Shown: positions 1-9,440 of the stretch, one piece after another
Layout: every line of letters begins with the position of its first letter
Position numbering within the stretch: position 1 is the stretch's first letter
Sequence record: OY751497.1
DNA length: 32,000 nucleotides
Direction: 5' to 3' (one strand)
The notes under the pieces: model-generated
What the model was told of the DNA's origin: nothing
Database searches by the model: none
What the model saw: only the letters and a program-made list of their open reading frames with translations
Made by a program: the position numbers and the translations under genes

Positions 1-72
1 GCCTCGGTTGCTTAGTGGTCAAAGCGCGATTCTGAAGAAATTGAGATGGGAGTTCAATTCTCTCCCAAGGCA
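1..72 (+). tRNA. trnF: tRNA-Phe (anticodon GAA)
   Basis: Hand-folded cloverleaf. Acceptor gcctcgg/ccaaggc has one C-A mismatch. D stem gctt/aagc. Anticodon stem cgatt/aattg with loop ct-GAA-ga. T arm gggag-ttcaatt-ctctc. Discriminator a. Confidence 0.85.
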
Positions 73-509
73 AAATTTAATTTAATATATAAAATATACT
101 TTCTATTTAGAAATATTTCCAATGTAGAAATACGTACTTAAAAACTACGTAATAAAAACTACAAGTACTAACAAAAAAAACTAGTACTACGTAAAAATTT
201 AAAGTGTAATATCTTGCAATATCCATTTCTTTACTATTTTTATACACAATTATAAGAATACATTCCTACTTTTTATTTAAATAAACTTATAAAAGAAATT
301 TAATTCTTTCCTTATTTAGAATAGAATTTAAAATTTAAATATAAGAAAATAAAATAAAAATATATAAATAATATAAAAAAATAAAAAAGGAAGTATATAA
401 AAAAATATAGAGAAAAATAAGTAAGATAGGTAAAAATATTTCGTAGTTCAAATAAATTTTATTTGTATGGTTGATTTTTGTTAATATTAGTATTCTTTAA
501 TACAAAAAG

Positions 510-581
510 GTCGAAATAGTTTAAATGGTAAAACGAATTCCTTGTAAGATTTAAATATTGGTTCAATTCCAGTTTTCGGCA
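510..581 (+). tRNA. trnT: tRNA-Thr (anticodon UGU)
   Basis: Acceptor gtcgaaa/tttcggc (one G-U). D stem gttt/aaac. Anticodon stem aattc/gattt (one T-T mismatch) with loop ct-TGT-aa. T arm attgg-ttcaatt-ccagt. Confidence 0.8.
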
Positions 582-920
582 AAAGTATAATAAATTAAAT
601 AATTAATTTAAATTAGATGAATATGAATTAAATCATTTTTAAATTAAAAAAAATAATAAATTTATTATCATTTATTATTCATGAGAAAAACTATAGAATA
701 AAAATTTTATATTATAAAATAAATTAATTAAAATACCTAATATTAATATTATTGAATACAAATAATATTAAAACTTATTAAATTATTTATTTAATATTTG
801 TTCTATAAACAAAAACTACGTATACTAAAATTCTACTTCTACGTTGGAATTTACACTACTACTATAAAATTAATATTACTACGTACTTCTACTACTACTA
901 CAAAGACGTATACGTAGAAA

Positions 921-993
921 AAGACTTTAGCATAATGGTTAATGCAGTTCGCTCATAATGGATATTATAAGGGTTCAACTCCCTTAAGTCTTA
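921..993 (+). tRNA. trnM: tRNA-Met (anticodon CAU). Initiator, elongator or lysidine-Ile identity is not resolvable by eye.
   Basis: Perfect acceptor aagactt/aagtctt. D stem gcat/atgc. Anticodon loop ct-CAT-aa on a G-U-rich stem. T arm aaggg-ttcaact-ccctt. Confidence 0.8.
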
Positions 994-1129
994 ATTAAAT
1001 TATACTTTTTAATAATTATAAAAGAGAATAAAATTAAAAAAAAAAAAACTTAAATTATTAAATTGTTTAATCTATAAATAAAAACTACGTAGTACTAACA
1101 AAATAATTAATAAATAAAAAAACTACGTA

Positions 1130-1215
1130 GGGCATTTGGTCGAGTCTGGTTTATGGCGCTCGTCTTGAAAACGAGTACTTTACAAAAGTCGTGAGTTCAA
1201 ATCTCACAGTGCCCG
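1130..1215 (+). tRNA. trnS: tRNA-Ser (anticodon UGA), long variable arm
   Basis: Acceptor gggcatt/agtgccc. Anticodon stem ctcgt/acgag with loop ct-TGA-aa. Long variable arm. T arm gtgag-ttcaaat-ctcac. Length 86 nt. Confidence 0.85.
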
Positions 1216-1695
1216 TTATTATTATTAATTTTACTTTTTATTTTATTTAAGAAATCTGTATTTTACCAAATTTTTAATTTATTTTATTTTACTCATTAAT
1301 TATATAAATTAAAATTAATAAATAAAAACAAAAAACTACGTTACTACGTACAAAATAAATTAAAAAAAGAATAAATGTTTATGAAGTAATAACTAGAAAG
1401 TATAAATAATAGAAATCATTAAATATTAAATTTTAATTCTTCTAACAAGAAGTACTACGTACTAAAAAGAATTAGAACTTTTACAAGTTCTTTTCCTTTT
1501 TAGAGAGTACTAATTCTAATAGTAGTAAAACTAGTTCGTAGATAATACTAGTTCTAATAGTAGTATATACAGATAGAATTAAATATTTATTAATAATTAA
1601 ATATTTAAAAAGTACGTATAAAAATAAATTAAAAAACTACGTAGAAGTACTACAAAAAACAAAAATACGTAGTACTAACAAAATAGTTTTAATTA

Positions 1696-1770
1696 ACGGT
1701 AGATGACAAATTGGCCAGTCGCTCCTTTTGGGTAGGAGAGATATTGCGTGTTCGAGTCGCGCCTACCGTG
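1696..1770 (+). tRNA. trnP: tRNA-Pro (anticodon UGG)
   Basis: Perfect acceptor acggtag/ctaccgt. Anticodon stem ctcct/aggag with loop tt-TGG-gt (G37). T arm gcgtg-ttcgagt-cgcgc. Confidence 0.85.
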
Positions 1771-2024
1771 AATACCTACTGAGTAAAAAGTTTAAAGAAA
1801 TTCTTTCTAGTAATTATAATTTTATAAAAAACTACGTACAAGTACTATAAATATAAAAATAAATAAAAAACAAAATAAAAGAAAAGAAGAGGTATAATAA
1901 AAAGTAAATAAAAAAAGAAATAATTAAAAAAAACTAAAAAAAAACTACGTTACTACGTACAAAAACAAAATAAATTAAAATAAAATAAAATAAAGAATTA
2001 CTCTTTATTTTAAATTAATTTACA

Positions 2025-2097
2025 GGTCTTATGGCTGAGTGGTTTAAGCGAGGTACTGTTAATACTTTCTACAGGGGTTCGAACCCTCTTAAGGCCT
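2025..2097 (+). tRNA. trnN: tRNA-Asn (anticodon GUU)
   Basis: Acceptor ggtctta/taaggcc (one G-U). Anticodon stem aggta/tactt with loop ct-GTT-aa. T arm agggg-ttcgaac-cctct. Confidence 0.8.
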
Positions 2098-2108
2098 AAA
2101 TTTAATTT

Positions 2109-2171
2109 TCTATATTCTATATTCTATATTATTCTATAATCTATATTCTATATTCTATATTCTATATTCTA
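2109..2171. repeat. Tandem heptanucleotide array (TATATTC)n with two degenerate units, between trnN and trnL
   Basis: Direct reading: tc tatattc tatattc tatatt at tctataa tc tatattc x4. Confidence 0.9.
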
Positions 2172-2221
2172 ATTTAATATTTAATATTTTCTACTTTAAA
2201 TATTTTATATGTAAAATTATA

Positions 2222-2306
2222 GCGAACATGTTGAAATTTGGTAAACAATCTTCTCTTAAGCAGAAGTGGGAGGTATCCCTTAAGAGTTCAAGTCTCTTTG
2301 TTCGTA
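2222..2306 (+). tRNA. trnL: tRNA-Leu (anticodon UAA), long variable arm
   Basis: Acceptor gcgaaca/tgttcgt (one G-U). Anticodon stem cttct/agaag with loop ct-TAA-gc. Long variable arm. T arm aagag-ttcaagt-ctctt. Confidence 0.85.
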
Positions 2307-2372
2307 TATTAAGTTAATAAAAAAGTATAAAAAAATTAATAATAAAAAAAACAAAAATAACATTAATTTAAA

Positions 2373-2444
2373 GGTCTTTTAGTATAGTGGTTCGTACAGC
2401 TCCCCTTCAAGAAGCTAGGATCAGTTCAAATCTGATAAAGATCA
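2373..2444 (+). tRNA. trnE: tRNA-Glu (anticodon UUC) with C at position 33
   Basis: Acceptor ggtcttt/aaagatc. D stem gtat/gtac. Anticodon stem gctcc/gaagc (one C-A mismatch) with loop cc-TTC-aa. T arm atcag-ttcaaat-ctgat. Confidence 0.75.
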
Positions 2445-2647
2445 AAAATAAAATAAAAAATTAGAATTAAAGGAAATAAAAAAGTATCCTCTAAATACAA
2501 TTAAAATAAAACTATTCATTTATATTTAATAAATATATACAATTATTAATATATTTTTTTCAATCAAATTAAATAATTATATGACAATTAAAAACAAAAA
2601 GTAATAATATAAAATTGATCCGTAAGAAAAGAATATAACTATAATTA

Positions 2648-3118
2648 TTAAACAAAGTATTTTAATAATAACATATAAATATTACACAATATCCACAATA
2701 TAGATATTATAAATAATAAAATTATATGAATTGTTAAATAACCTTTATTTATTTTATGTTTAAATTTTATGTATTTAGATAATTTAGGATATTTCACATC
2801 AATTTTTAATTTATCAATTAAATAATCAGAGAATAATATTATACTAAAATTAATTAAAGTTATTAAAATTAAATAAAATCCAAAAATATTAATTAAAGCA
2901 ATCATTTGTTCTAATCCTAATTCATTTAGTATAGATTGATATTTTTCTATTACTTCATTAATTAAACTAGAGATATCCGATTTATTAATTTTATCTAGAA
3001 GTTCATTTACATAACCATCTTTTTTAATATTTAATCTATTTAATTCATCTAAATAATATTTTTGTTTATTATTTAATGTTTCAATATTTTCAGTAGGATT
3101 CAAAATTTTATCTGTCAA
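2648..3118 (-). CDS. Hypothetical protein with a coiled-coil-like N-terminal part and two C-terminal hydrophobic segments. The same frame stays open upstream to an ATG at 3400, apart from one in-frame TAG at 3329-3331.
   Basis: ORF-track entry of 156 aa whose start codon is TTG. My own translation of 3119-3400 is in frame and gives MKLLELLKTHLPPTILTVISVDS*RRTVYALNKEIIDIKSLNNKQIDEIQNQLWSDK.... I recognise no family. Confidence 0.4.
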   Translation of the reverse strand: MTDKILNPTENIETLNNKQKYYLDELNRLNIKKDGYVNELLDKINKSDISSLINEVIEKYQSILNELGLEQMIALINIFGFYLILITLINFSIILFSDYLIDKLKIDVKYPKLSKYIKFKHKINKGYLTIHIILLFIISILWILCNIYMLLLKYFV

Positions 3119-3538
3119 TTGTAAATTTATATCATTAATTTTATTTTTAAAATTGGATATATCAATATCTATTTCTTTAATATTAAGTGATGTAGATTCT
3201 AAATTATTTCTAAAATCAGAATTAATAGTTTTATCTGACCATAATTGATTTTGTATTTCATCTATTTGTTTATTATTAAGACTTTTAATGTCAATAATTT
3301 CTTTATTAAGAGCATAAACTGTTCTTCTCTAGCTATCAACTGAAATTACAGTTAAAATTGTAGGTGGCAAATGTGTTTTAAGTAATTCTAATAATTTCAT
3401 ACTTTTATTTATAAGTTGTTTATTTAAGATTAATAAGGGGATTAAAAATATTTTATTTTAAATAATTGTTACCATTTAAGTAGTTATAATTATTTATAAT
3501 ATTTTAAAGAATTATGATAATTATTATTTCAACAAAAA

Positions 3539-4489
3539 TTAAAATATTTTCTTAATTAGCTTCTTTGAAACAGGTTTATTCCAGTTATCTGTAATATCTT
3601 CTTCTAGTGGATAATTCATCTTAGTTTTACCTTTAATAGTTTCAATACTTGAAGTAGAGGCTGATGAAGATGAAGAATTAGATGGTCTTTCATTTTCCCA
3701 ATTGTAAAAAGTAGGAATTTCAATAGGTGTTCTAGGTAATTGATTTAACATATTTTGAATTCTAGCATTTTCTGCCCATTTAGAAGCTATTGAAAGATCG
3801 CTTTCAATACCGAATCCAAATCCTGGAGTATGAATTCCTGAATATACTCCACTTTGTACATTTGGATTTACAGATAAAGCAATAAGTTCTCTTAATGCGA
3901 AATTTTTATCTAACATTCTTTCTGCAATATCAGCTTCAGTTTCTCCAAACATTAATATTCTAGCTCTAGAATACCAAGGATTGTAAGGATTTGTTGGTGT
4001 AAACGGATAGAATCTATTATCTGAAATAGTAATATTAAATTGATTTACTCTAAACATTAATTCCTGTGATTCATTATTAGAAAAAATGTGTAACCAACTA
4101 AATGGATTTAAGTAACTTTTCATTTTAGATATTAATGAAGTTGAATCAAGTGGTTGTATAGTTGAAGTTGAAGTCGGAGAATTTCCTGGAGTTGATCCAT
4201 TAAAATAGCTATATAACGTATATCCACTAAATAATACTCCACTAATTATTACTATACCACCTAATAACCATAACCAATTATTCCAATCTTTTAATATTGT
4301 AGTTTCACTATTAATACTATTTACATTTATTGGTGAAGGGAATATATCTTTAGCTTTTTGAGCTAAATCCATTAAACCATTATCATTCATTGGACTACTA
4401 TACCGTCCAATTCCATTTAATGGTCCAAACCAATTATTTTTAGGTGGAATGCTAGGTGTTAATTTATAATCAAATAAGTTAAAAACCAA
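3539..4489 (-). CDS. Hypothetical protein, 316 aa, one predicted transmembrane segment (WLWLLGGIVIISGVLFSGYTLY) and a Ser-rich C-terminal tract
   Basis: A 951-nt open frame in very AT-rich DNA is unlikely by chance. It starts at TTG. I recognise no family. Confidence 0.45.
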   Translation of the reverse strand: MVFNLFDYKLTPSIPPKNNWFGPLNGIGRYSSPMNDNGLMDLAQKAKDIFPSPINVNSINSETTILKDWNNWLWLLGGIVIISGVLFSGYTLYSYFNGSTPGNSPTSTSTIQPLDSTSLISKMKSYLNPFSWLHIFSNNESQELMFRVNQFNITISDNRFYPFTPTNPYNPWYSRARILMFGETEADIAERMLDKNFALRELIALSVNPNVQSGVYSGIHTPGFGFGIESDLSIASKWAENARIQNMLNQLPRTPIEIPTFYNWENERPSNSSSSSASTSSIETIKGKTKMNYPLEEDITDNWNKPVSKKLIKKIF

Positions 4490-4659
4490 TTAAATAATTT
4501 TGTAGTAAAATTGGTAATTATATCAATATATGTATAACCCATTCCTACAAAATTAGCTAAAATAGTATCTACACCTATACCTGATAAACTAAATACAGTA
4601 TATACTCCAATAATAGAATTAAAGATTATAAAAATTTTTCTAATATAAATTAATGTTTT

Positions 4660-4887
4660 TCATAATGTAGTTTTACCATAAAAGAATTTTAATAGCTTAA
4701 TTAACCGATTAATAATAGGTATTTTATTTATAAATAATAATAACCATGATATTATATACATTTGTATAAACGATGTTTTCATGTGGTTATTATTATCTGT
4801 TTTATTTTTATTACCATCTAAATTCTTTTTTAATTTTAAAATATTTAATTGCTCCTGTAATGATTTCATTGTTAATTTATTTTTCAT
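4660..4887 (-). CDS. Hypothetical small ORF (75 aa under the standard code). It would extend to 4459 (142 aa) if the TGA at 4660-4662 were read as Trp.
   Basis: ORF-track entry. I translated 4459-4659 in the same frame and found no other stop before the TAA at 4459-4461. Confidence 0.3.
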   Translation of the reverse strand: MKNKLTMKSLQEQLNILKLKKNLDGNKNKTDNNNHMKTSFIQMYIISWLLLFINKIPIINRLIKLLKFFYGKTTL

Positions 4888-4981
4888 TTTTGTTTTTTGT
4901 TTTATTTTTTACTAGAATTTAATCACAAAGATTCACCTTAAAATTTTGATCATTTCGTATATTTTCTTTTACATGACTAAC

Positions 4982-5935
4982 TTAACCATGTATTTGTTTA
5001 GATACTAACCAAAAAATCATATAAACATAAATATTTATATCTTTTTTATTTATTAATAATAATAATTTACTAATAAAAACTTGAAACAATTCTCCTTGAT
5101 CAAAATTTATATTTGAATATGAAGTAATATGTTCTTTTCCATTATATGCATTAATTAAATATGGTATAATTTTTCCATCTTTATTTATTGTTTCTATATC
5201 AAATGTTAAAATTTTATTATTTTTAGATTTTTCTTCTAAGCGTTGTTTAAATGGTTTTGCTGTTCTTTCTATTTTTTGTAATATTTTTTCTCCATCGACA
5301 AAATAAATTGTGGATTTCCCTATTTCTCTTTTAAATCCTTCATTTAATTTTGTATCAATCCATTCAAATTTATTTAATCCTAATATTTTTACCGTATTAA
5401 CTGATTTCTCACTATTAATATCTATTTGAAAAACTCTAATCCCATCACTAACAATATTTCTAGTAAAATTTGTAAATTAACTTATTGATATTATTTCTCC
5501 ATAGTTTTTAGGTACCATTGATATTGGTAATTTTTTATTGTTAAATATATGAGAAGTTATTCCTTTATCACTCAAATCTCTAAATAACACTCGTGAATCA
5601 TCTTCACTTACTTTTCCATCTCTTATTATATATGAAAATTTTATAATGTCTATTGGAAAAGTAATATATGCATCTGATAATAATCCTAATCTTTCTTGTA
5701 AATATGTAGTAAATAAATCTTTATCCTCATAATTTACTTTTACTAAATGTCCTAATGTTCTATACCCTAATTTACTATCTATAAAAAATACTTTAGTTAA
5801 TAAATATAAATGTTTTCTTTCTGAACTAATGTTTAAACTATCAAAAATATCAACCCAAAATTTATTTACATAAGCATTTAATATTTCATTTGATAATAAT
5901 ATATTATTTAATGAATATTTTTTCATTTTAATCAT
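4982..5935 (-). pseudogene. dpoB: N-terminal fragment of a plasmid-type (protein-primed) family-B DNA polymerase. It is interrupted by an in-frame TAA at 5477-5479 and truncated around the expected Exo II position.
   Basis: The 152-aa ORF (5477-5935) continues in the same frame after the TAA. The continuation reads ...KPFKQRLEEKSKNNKILTFDIETINKDGKIIPYLINAYNGKEH...INIYVYMIFWLVSKQIHG*. LTFDIET followed by G..IPY is the Exo I signature of linear-plasmid and phage DNA polymerases. No polymerase-domain motifs follow. Confidence 0.6.
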
Positions 5936-6110
5936 CTTTAATTGTATATTGTTTGTTTATTAGAAATTTAATTCAAGAGGCCCAACTCATTATATATTTC
6001 CAAATGACTTATAATCATAAAATGACAATCTAATATTCATTTAAAATATAAAATCAGAAATATAAACAATATAATCATAAACTAAAATTATATCTCTTTT
6101 TATTTTTTGT

Positions 6111-6293
6111 TTTTATTTTATTTTATTTTATTTTATTTTAATTTATATTTATTAAAAACAAAAACAAAAACAAAAACAAAAACAAAAAATAAAATAAAAA
6201 TAACGTATTACATCCACAAAATTGGATAAATATATAGAGAATTCTAATTAGAATTAGAATTAGAATTAGAATTAGAATTAGAATTAGAATTAG
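6111..6293. repeat. Compound microsatellite block: (TTTTA)6 at 6111-6140, (AAAAAC)5 at 6154-6183, (AATTAG)8 at 6246-6293
   Basis: Direct reading of the three arrays. Confidence 0.95.
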
Positions 6294-7145
6294 AATTATT
6301 AATAAATGTATAACACACAATTTTTAACTAGTTTGTACAAAACTAATATTTATAAGCTATGATTTTATCTCCTTATCTAATCCTCCTCTAGCATCCTATC
6401 TATTTATCTATGTTATCGCTTCCTATCTACTACTATTTTGAAGTATAAGATTATAAAAATAAATATATTTAAATTATTTTAAAGAAATAAAATAAAATTT
6501 AGAAATAGAATTAAATATAAAAAAGGAAGTAAATAGTTGTAAAGATTAGATTTTTTTATTTATTATTTACTTTATTTTGTTAAATTATAATAAAAATAAA
6601 CTTTTATTAGTATTTGTTGTAGAGGTAGTAGTACTATTTCGTAGTTTCTTTAAATTTATTAAATTAATCAGAAAGTAAATATAAATTTTTATTTATAGAT
6701 ATATTAAGGTTATTTTTCCTCTAGCCATTTTTCCTACGTAGTTTTTTAATATTTCACTAAATACTTTATTTAAATTTAAAGAGGTAAATTTTCATAGTTC
6801 CTAGATAATTAAATTTTATAGGTAGACGAAGTATTCAAAATAAGTAGAATAAATAACTACTAAACGTAGTATTTCTATAGAAGAAAGAATAAATAACTAC
6901 TTTCTTGAAAATACTTATTATTAGTTTTTTTATATGTAAAAATTTAATTAGATATTTACCTGAGTATTTAAGATTATATAAGTATATTTATTAATAAATA
7001 TTAGATAAAAAAAATAAGTATAAAGACTCTAAAATTTAATTAAATTCTATTAAATTTTTTAGATAAACATTTCTACAAATACAAAGACGTAGACGAAATA
7101 CTACTACTTACTTGAAGGCGTTATTCTAATAAATAAAAGAAGTTG

Positions 7146-7174
7146 AACTAGTACTTGTAAAAGTACTAGTTGAA
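7146..7174. repeat. Hairpin element (11-bp stem aactagtactt/aagtactagtt, 4-nt loop). An inverted copy lies at 9412-9440.
   Basis: The 29-nt match is the reverse complement of 9412-9440. The two copies sit on either side of nad4. Confidence 0.85.
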
Positions 7175-7417
7175 GTAGTAATAGTTCGTTTAGTAGAATT
7201 ACTTATAATTCATAATAAATATTATATTCTAATAAAATATTATACTAATAAATAATTATTTAAAATAATATAAATATAAATATAAATATAAAAACTTCAT
7301 ATAAAAAAATAATAATATTATATTATATAATATAAATCAATAAATAAGGTTAAAATAATTTAATTAAAATAAAAATTAAAGTAAATAAAAATAAATAAAA
7401 TAAACTAAAAATTAATC

Positions 7418-8926
7418 ATGATAATTTTACTAATATTAATTCCTATAATCGGTTCTTTATTTTTGCTGCCAATAGGATTAGAGAGAGAAGTAGAACAACA
7501 TAAAGGAAAAGAGTTACTTAATCTAAATAGAAGTAGTGAAGTATCTTTAAATAATAATAAAATGAAAAAAATTGCTCTAACTATTTCTCTAATAAATTTC
7601 TTTGTCTCTTTATTTATATGGTATCAATTTGATAATAATACAACTCAATATCAATTTGTATCTGAATTTAATCAATTAAATTTTTGTCATTTACATTTTG
7701 GTGTGGATGGTTTATCTCTTTATTTTGTTTTATTAACAACATTTGTTACACCAATAGCTTTATTATCAAATTATACAAATATAAATAAAAATATAAAATT
7801 ATTTTTAATATCTTTCTTATTATTAGAAAGTTTACAAATATGTGCTTTTGTTTCTCTAGATTTATTATTATTTTATATCTTTTTTGAAAGTGTTTTACCT
7901 ATCTTATTTATAATTATTGTAATATTTGGTCACGGGGAAGATAGATTTAGATCAGCCTTTTTATTATTTTTATATACTTTAGCAGGTAGTTTACCTATGT
8001 TATTATGTATATTAAGTATATATAGTTATATAGGTTCAACTGATTTCCAATTAATATCTTTATATGAAATAAGTTTAGAAACTCAAAAAATATTATGGTT
8101 AGGATTTTTTATAGCATTTGCTGTAAAAACACCTCTATATCCATTTATAATTTGGTTACCTAAAGCTCATAGTGATTCTCCTTTAGCTGGTTCTATTATA
8201 TTGGCAGCTACAATCTTAAAATTAGCTACATATGGTTACATTAGAGTATTAATAAATTTTTTCCCTGATGCTACTAATTATTTTAGTCCTTTACTTCAAA
8301 CTATAGCTGTAATAACTATTATTTATGCTTCATTATCTACTGTAATACAACAAGATACTAAAAGATTAATTGCTTATAGTAGTGTAGCACATATGGGTGT
8401 TCTAGTATTAGGTTTATTTTCAAATACAATACAAGGAATAGAAGGTGCTATTTTATTAGCTATAGGTCATGGTTTTGTAAGTCCTGCTTTATTTATTTGT
8501 GTAGGTGGTATTATTTATGATAGAACTGGGAAAAGAATTATTAATTATATTAGAGGATTAGCTACTTATATGCCTGTATTTTCTATTTTATTTTGTGTAT
8601 TCACTTTAGCTAATACTGGAATACCTTTAACTTTAAATTTCTTAGGTGAACAATTATCTTTATTAGGAATATGGCAACAAAATCCTATAATAGCAATTTT
8701 AGGTGCTACAGGTATTGTGTTATCCGCTTGTTATTCTTTATTCCTATATAACAGATTATCTTATGGATCTTATTCTCCACATCTACCTATTTTAAAAGAT
8801 ATTAATAGAAGAGAATATTCACTTTTAATTAGTTTATTAATACCAACTATTATTTTTGGTATTATACCTAATGTATTATTGAATCCTCTTCATATCTCAA
8901 CTTCAGCTTTACTTTATACTTTTTAA
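7418..8926 (+). CDS. nad4: NADH dehydrogenase subunit 4
   Basis: The 502-aa ORF has typical ND4 regions (WLPKAHSDSPLAGSIILAA, RLIAYSSVAHMG) and is multi-pass hydrophobic. Confidence 0.95.
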   Translation: MIILLILIPIIGSLFLLPIGLEREVEQHKGKELLNLNRSSEVSLNNNKMKKIALTISLINFFVSLFIWYQFDNNTTQYQFVSEFNQLNFCHLHFGVDGLSLYFVLLTTFVTPIALLSNYTNINKNIKLFLISFLLLESLQICAFVSLDLLLFYIFFESVLPILFIIIVIFGHGEDRFRSAFLLFLYTLAGSLPMLLCILSIYSYIGSTDFQLISLYEISLETQKILWLGFFIAFAVKTPLYPFIIWLPKAHSDSPLAGSIILAATILKLATYGYIRVLINFFPDATNYFSPLLQTIAVITIIYASLSTVIQQDTKRLIAYSSVAHMGVLVLGLFSNTIQGIEGAILLAIGHGFVSPALFICVGGIIYDRTGKRIINYIRGLATYMPVFSILFCVFTLANTGIPLTLNFLGEQLSLLGIWQQNPIIAILGATGIVLSACYSLFLYNRLSYGSYSPHLPILKDINRREYSLLISLLIPTIIFGIIPNVLLNPLHISTSALLYTF

Positions 8927-9411
8927 TTTAATTTATATATTATAAATAATAAACCTAATTCTAAATAAGATAAATTATATTTATAATTAGGGGTTAATTT
9001 AATAAAATCATTAAAGAATTAAAATAATTAAATAATTTAATTATTTTATGCTATGTATTTTTCTATTAACTACTTATTTTTTATTTAAAAAAAATTTTTC
9101 TTTCAATTAACCCCTTTAATTTTTTTAAATATTATTTAAAAATCTAAATGTATTAAATATAACAAAGAGGTGGGTTAATATATAGAAGTTGATAAAGTTC
9201 TACCATCTCTACGTAAAATTATAATAAAAGAAGTTCTATACAAAATTAAAATTATTTCTACGAAGAAGTACGTAGAAGTACGTATAAGTACGTAGAAGTA
9301 GTACGTAGAAGTAGATGTAGAGGAAGATGTAGTACTAGCACTAGTACTAGTAGAATTACTTATATTTATGAATTTCTTCTTCTACTAGACGAAGTATTTC
9401 TTCTTTACAAG

Positions 9412-9440
9412 TTCAACTAGTACTTTTACAAGTACTAGTT
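9412..9440. repeat. Hairpin element, inverted copy of 7146-7174
   Basis: ttcaactagtacttttacaagtactagtt is the reverse complement of 7146-7174. Confidence 0.85.

Noticed and set aside
6138-6320. 60-aa ORF (LILILILI..., FLFLFLF...) on the minus strand
   Set aside because: It is simply the translation of the (AATTAG)n and (AAAAAC)n microsatellites, not a gene.
7478-7570. Hydrophilic insertion near the nad4 N-terminus (EREVEQHKGKELLNLNRSSEVSLNNNK)
   Set aside because: It falls in a loop region that varies among fungal ND4 proteins. It is in frame with no stop, so it is probably ordinary lineage-specific length variation.
9241-9330. Regularly spaced short repeats (also at 24900-25000 and 28841-28880) considered as CRISPR-like arrays
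   Set aside because: The units are 6-12 nt tandem or slippage repeats with no unique spacers, and the context is mitochondrial. This is not CRISPR.
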